Positions 62,822-64,000 of a stretch of DNA of 64,000 bases are shown one piece after another. Every line of letters begins with the position of its first letter. The stretch's first letter is position 1. The position numbers were made by a program, and so were the translations under genes. This stretch comes from the human T2T-CHM13v2.0 reference genome, Homo sapiens: assembly GCF_009914755.1 (NCBI RefSeq), contig NC_060939.1. The stretch is one strand, 5' to 3'. The notes below the pieces were generated by a model. That model made no database searches and was not told where the DNA came from. It saw only the letters and a list, made by a program, of their open reading frames with translations.

Positions 62822-64000
62822 ATGGGAAATACCTCAAGTAATGCAGGGGAGAAAAAGGATAAAGCTAGCAACAATAACATTCCTCCTGATAGTCCCCTAG
62901 GGCTTATGCTAAAATATTGAAAAGAGAGTGAAAGGACTAAATACAAGAAAAAGCAGCAAATGATAAAATATTGTTGTTTCATTTGGACTCAGGAATCAAT
63001 CCTGAAAAGCAAGTCAGAAATTAACTCCTCTGAGAAAGATAAGGTCCCTGTTCCTAGACAGCTCACCAACACATGGAACTTCCTCCACCACCTTCCCCCG
63101 TCCAATATCCCTAACCTCCTTCTCCCTCAAGCAGAAGCAGTTGTCCCAGACCCTTCTCCTACCCACATTGTTCCCCCTCTTTATAACCCTGCCTCTTGGG
63201 AATTGTCCCAACAGCCTGCTCACTATCACCCTAAGTACTCTTCCCTGAAAGGACTTCAGTGTGAGATAGAGCAATGTAAAAGGGATATTCAGAACTTCCC
63301 CTTCCCCTCTACCTCGGGAGAATTAGCTCCACCTCTCTTCCCCTGAAGAGAGGTGTCCCTACGAGGAGGAGGTATTCACTTTGTAAATGCTCCTTTAACC
63401 AGCTCGGAGGTCCAAAACCTAAAAACAGAGTTCAAGCCACACTATTAGACAACTCCAGTGGAATAGCAGATCGAATTAACCAATTTCTAGGACCACAGTT
63501 ATATATACTTGGGCTGAGTTAATGTCCATCCTAGGCATCCTTTTCTCAGGGGAAGAAAGAAGCATCATCTGTAGAGCTGCTATGGTACCCTGGGAACATG
63601 AACACCCTCCTGGCCAAAACATTCATGCAGCGGATCAAAAATTCCCCAACCAAGACCCCTGCTGGGACAATAATAACGCAGCCCACTGAAGAGGATACGC
63701 AAGAACTTAGGGAAATGATAATAAAAGGGATTCGGGAGTCAGTACTCCGAACCCAAAATCTTACTCGAGCATTCGACATACAACAAAGGAAAGATGAAGG
63801 GCCTATCGAACTTTTAGACAGGTTGAAAGAACAAATGAGAAAATATGCTGGCCTAGATTTAGAAGATCCTCTTAGGCAGTGAATGTTAAAGCTTCATTTT
63901 GTTACTAACAGCCAGATATCACAAGGAAATTACAAAAGATAGGAAATTGGAAGGACCATCCCACGAACGAGCTTCTTAGAGAAGCTCAGAAAGTGTGTGT
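62822..64000 (+). pseudogene. Defective gammaretrovirus-like (HERV-I/IP10-like) gag, runs off the window
   Basis: MGNTSS..IPPDSPLGLMLKY* (myristoylation-type MG, stop at 62918), QMIKYCCFIW, capsid MHR-like QNLTRAFDIQQRKDEGPIELLDRLKEQMRKY; frameshifted. Confidence 0.88.

Noticed and set aside
62404-62982. FP-rich and KG-rich ORFs
   Set aside because: Translations of the (GGAAA)n tract

Overview
This is primate (very likely human) genomic DNA from a chromosome-15 golgin (GOLGA) core-duplicon segmental duplication, most consistent with 15q25.2. It is not prokaryotic. Features from left to right: (1) an intact 9-exon GOLGA6L gene on + (hand-spliced CDS 1299 nt = 432 aa, matching GOLGA6L9 as I recall it) whose 3'UTR carries a ~3 kb retro-inserted segment; (2) the 3' end of a DNM1 pseudogene on -; (3) a CpG-island promoter with 5' exons of a UBE2Q2 pseudogene on +; (4) a short DNM1 3'UTR fragment; (5) a CSPG4 pseudogene, exons 2-8, on +; (6) DNM1 pseudogene GED/PRD exons on +, fused by deletion to the 3' exons of a GOLGA2-type pseudogene on -; (7) a 7SL pseudogene; (8) an inverted, diverged copy of UBE2Q2 intron; and (9) the 5' LTR, PBS(Pro) and gag of a class I ERV (LTR10/HERV-IP10-like). 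Alu, MIR, MLT and MER repeats are scattered throughout. The most interesting signals concern gene birth. The GOLGA6L C-terminus is rebuilt by shifted splice sites, a hybrid exon and a 48-nt templated copy of exon 6 that restores the ancestral GM130-like PDZ-ligand end. UBE2Q2P, CSPG4P and DNM1P fragments also lie co-oriented behind one CpG island with phase-compatible splice sites. Paralog numbers and repeat subfamilies are from memory or by eye and need BLAST/RepeatMasker confirmation. No evidence of expression is available from the sequence alone.
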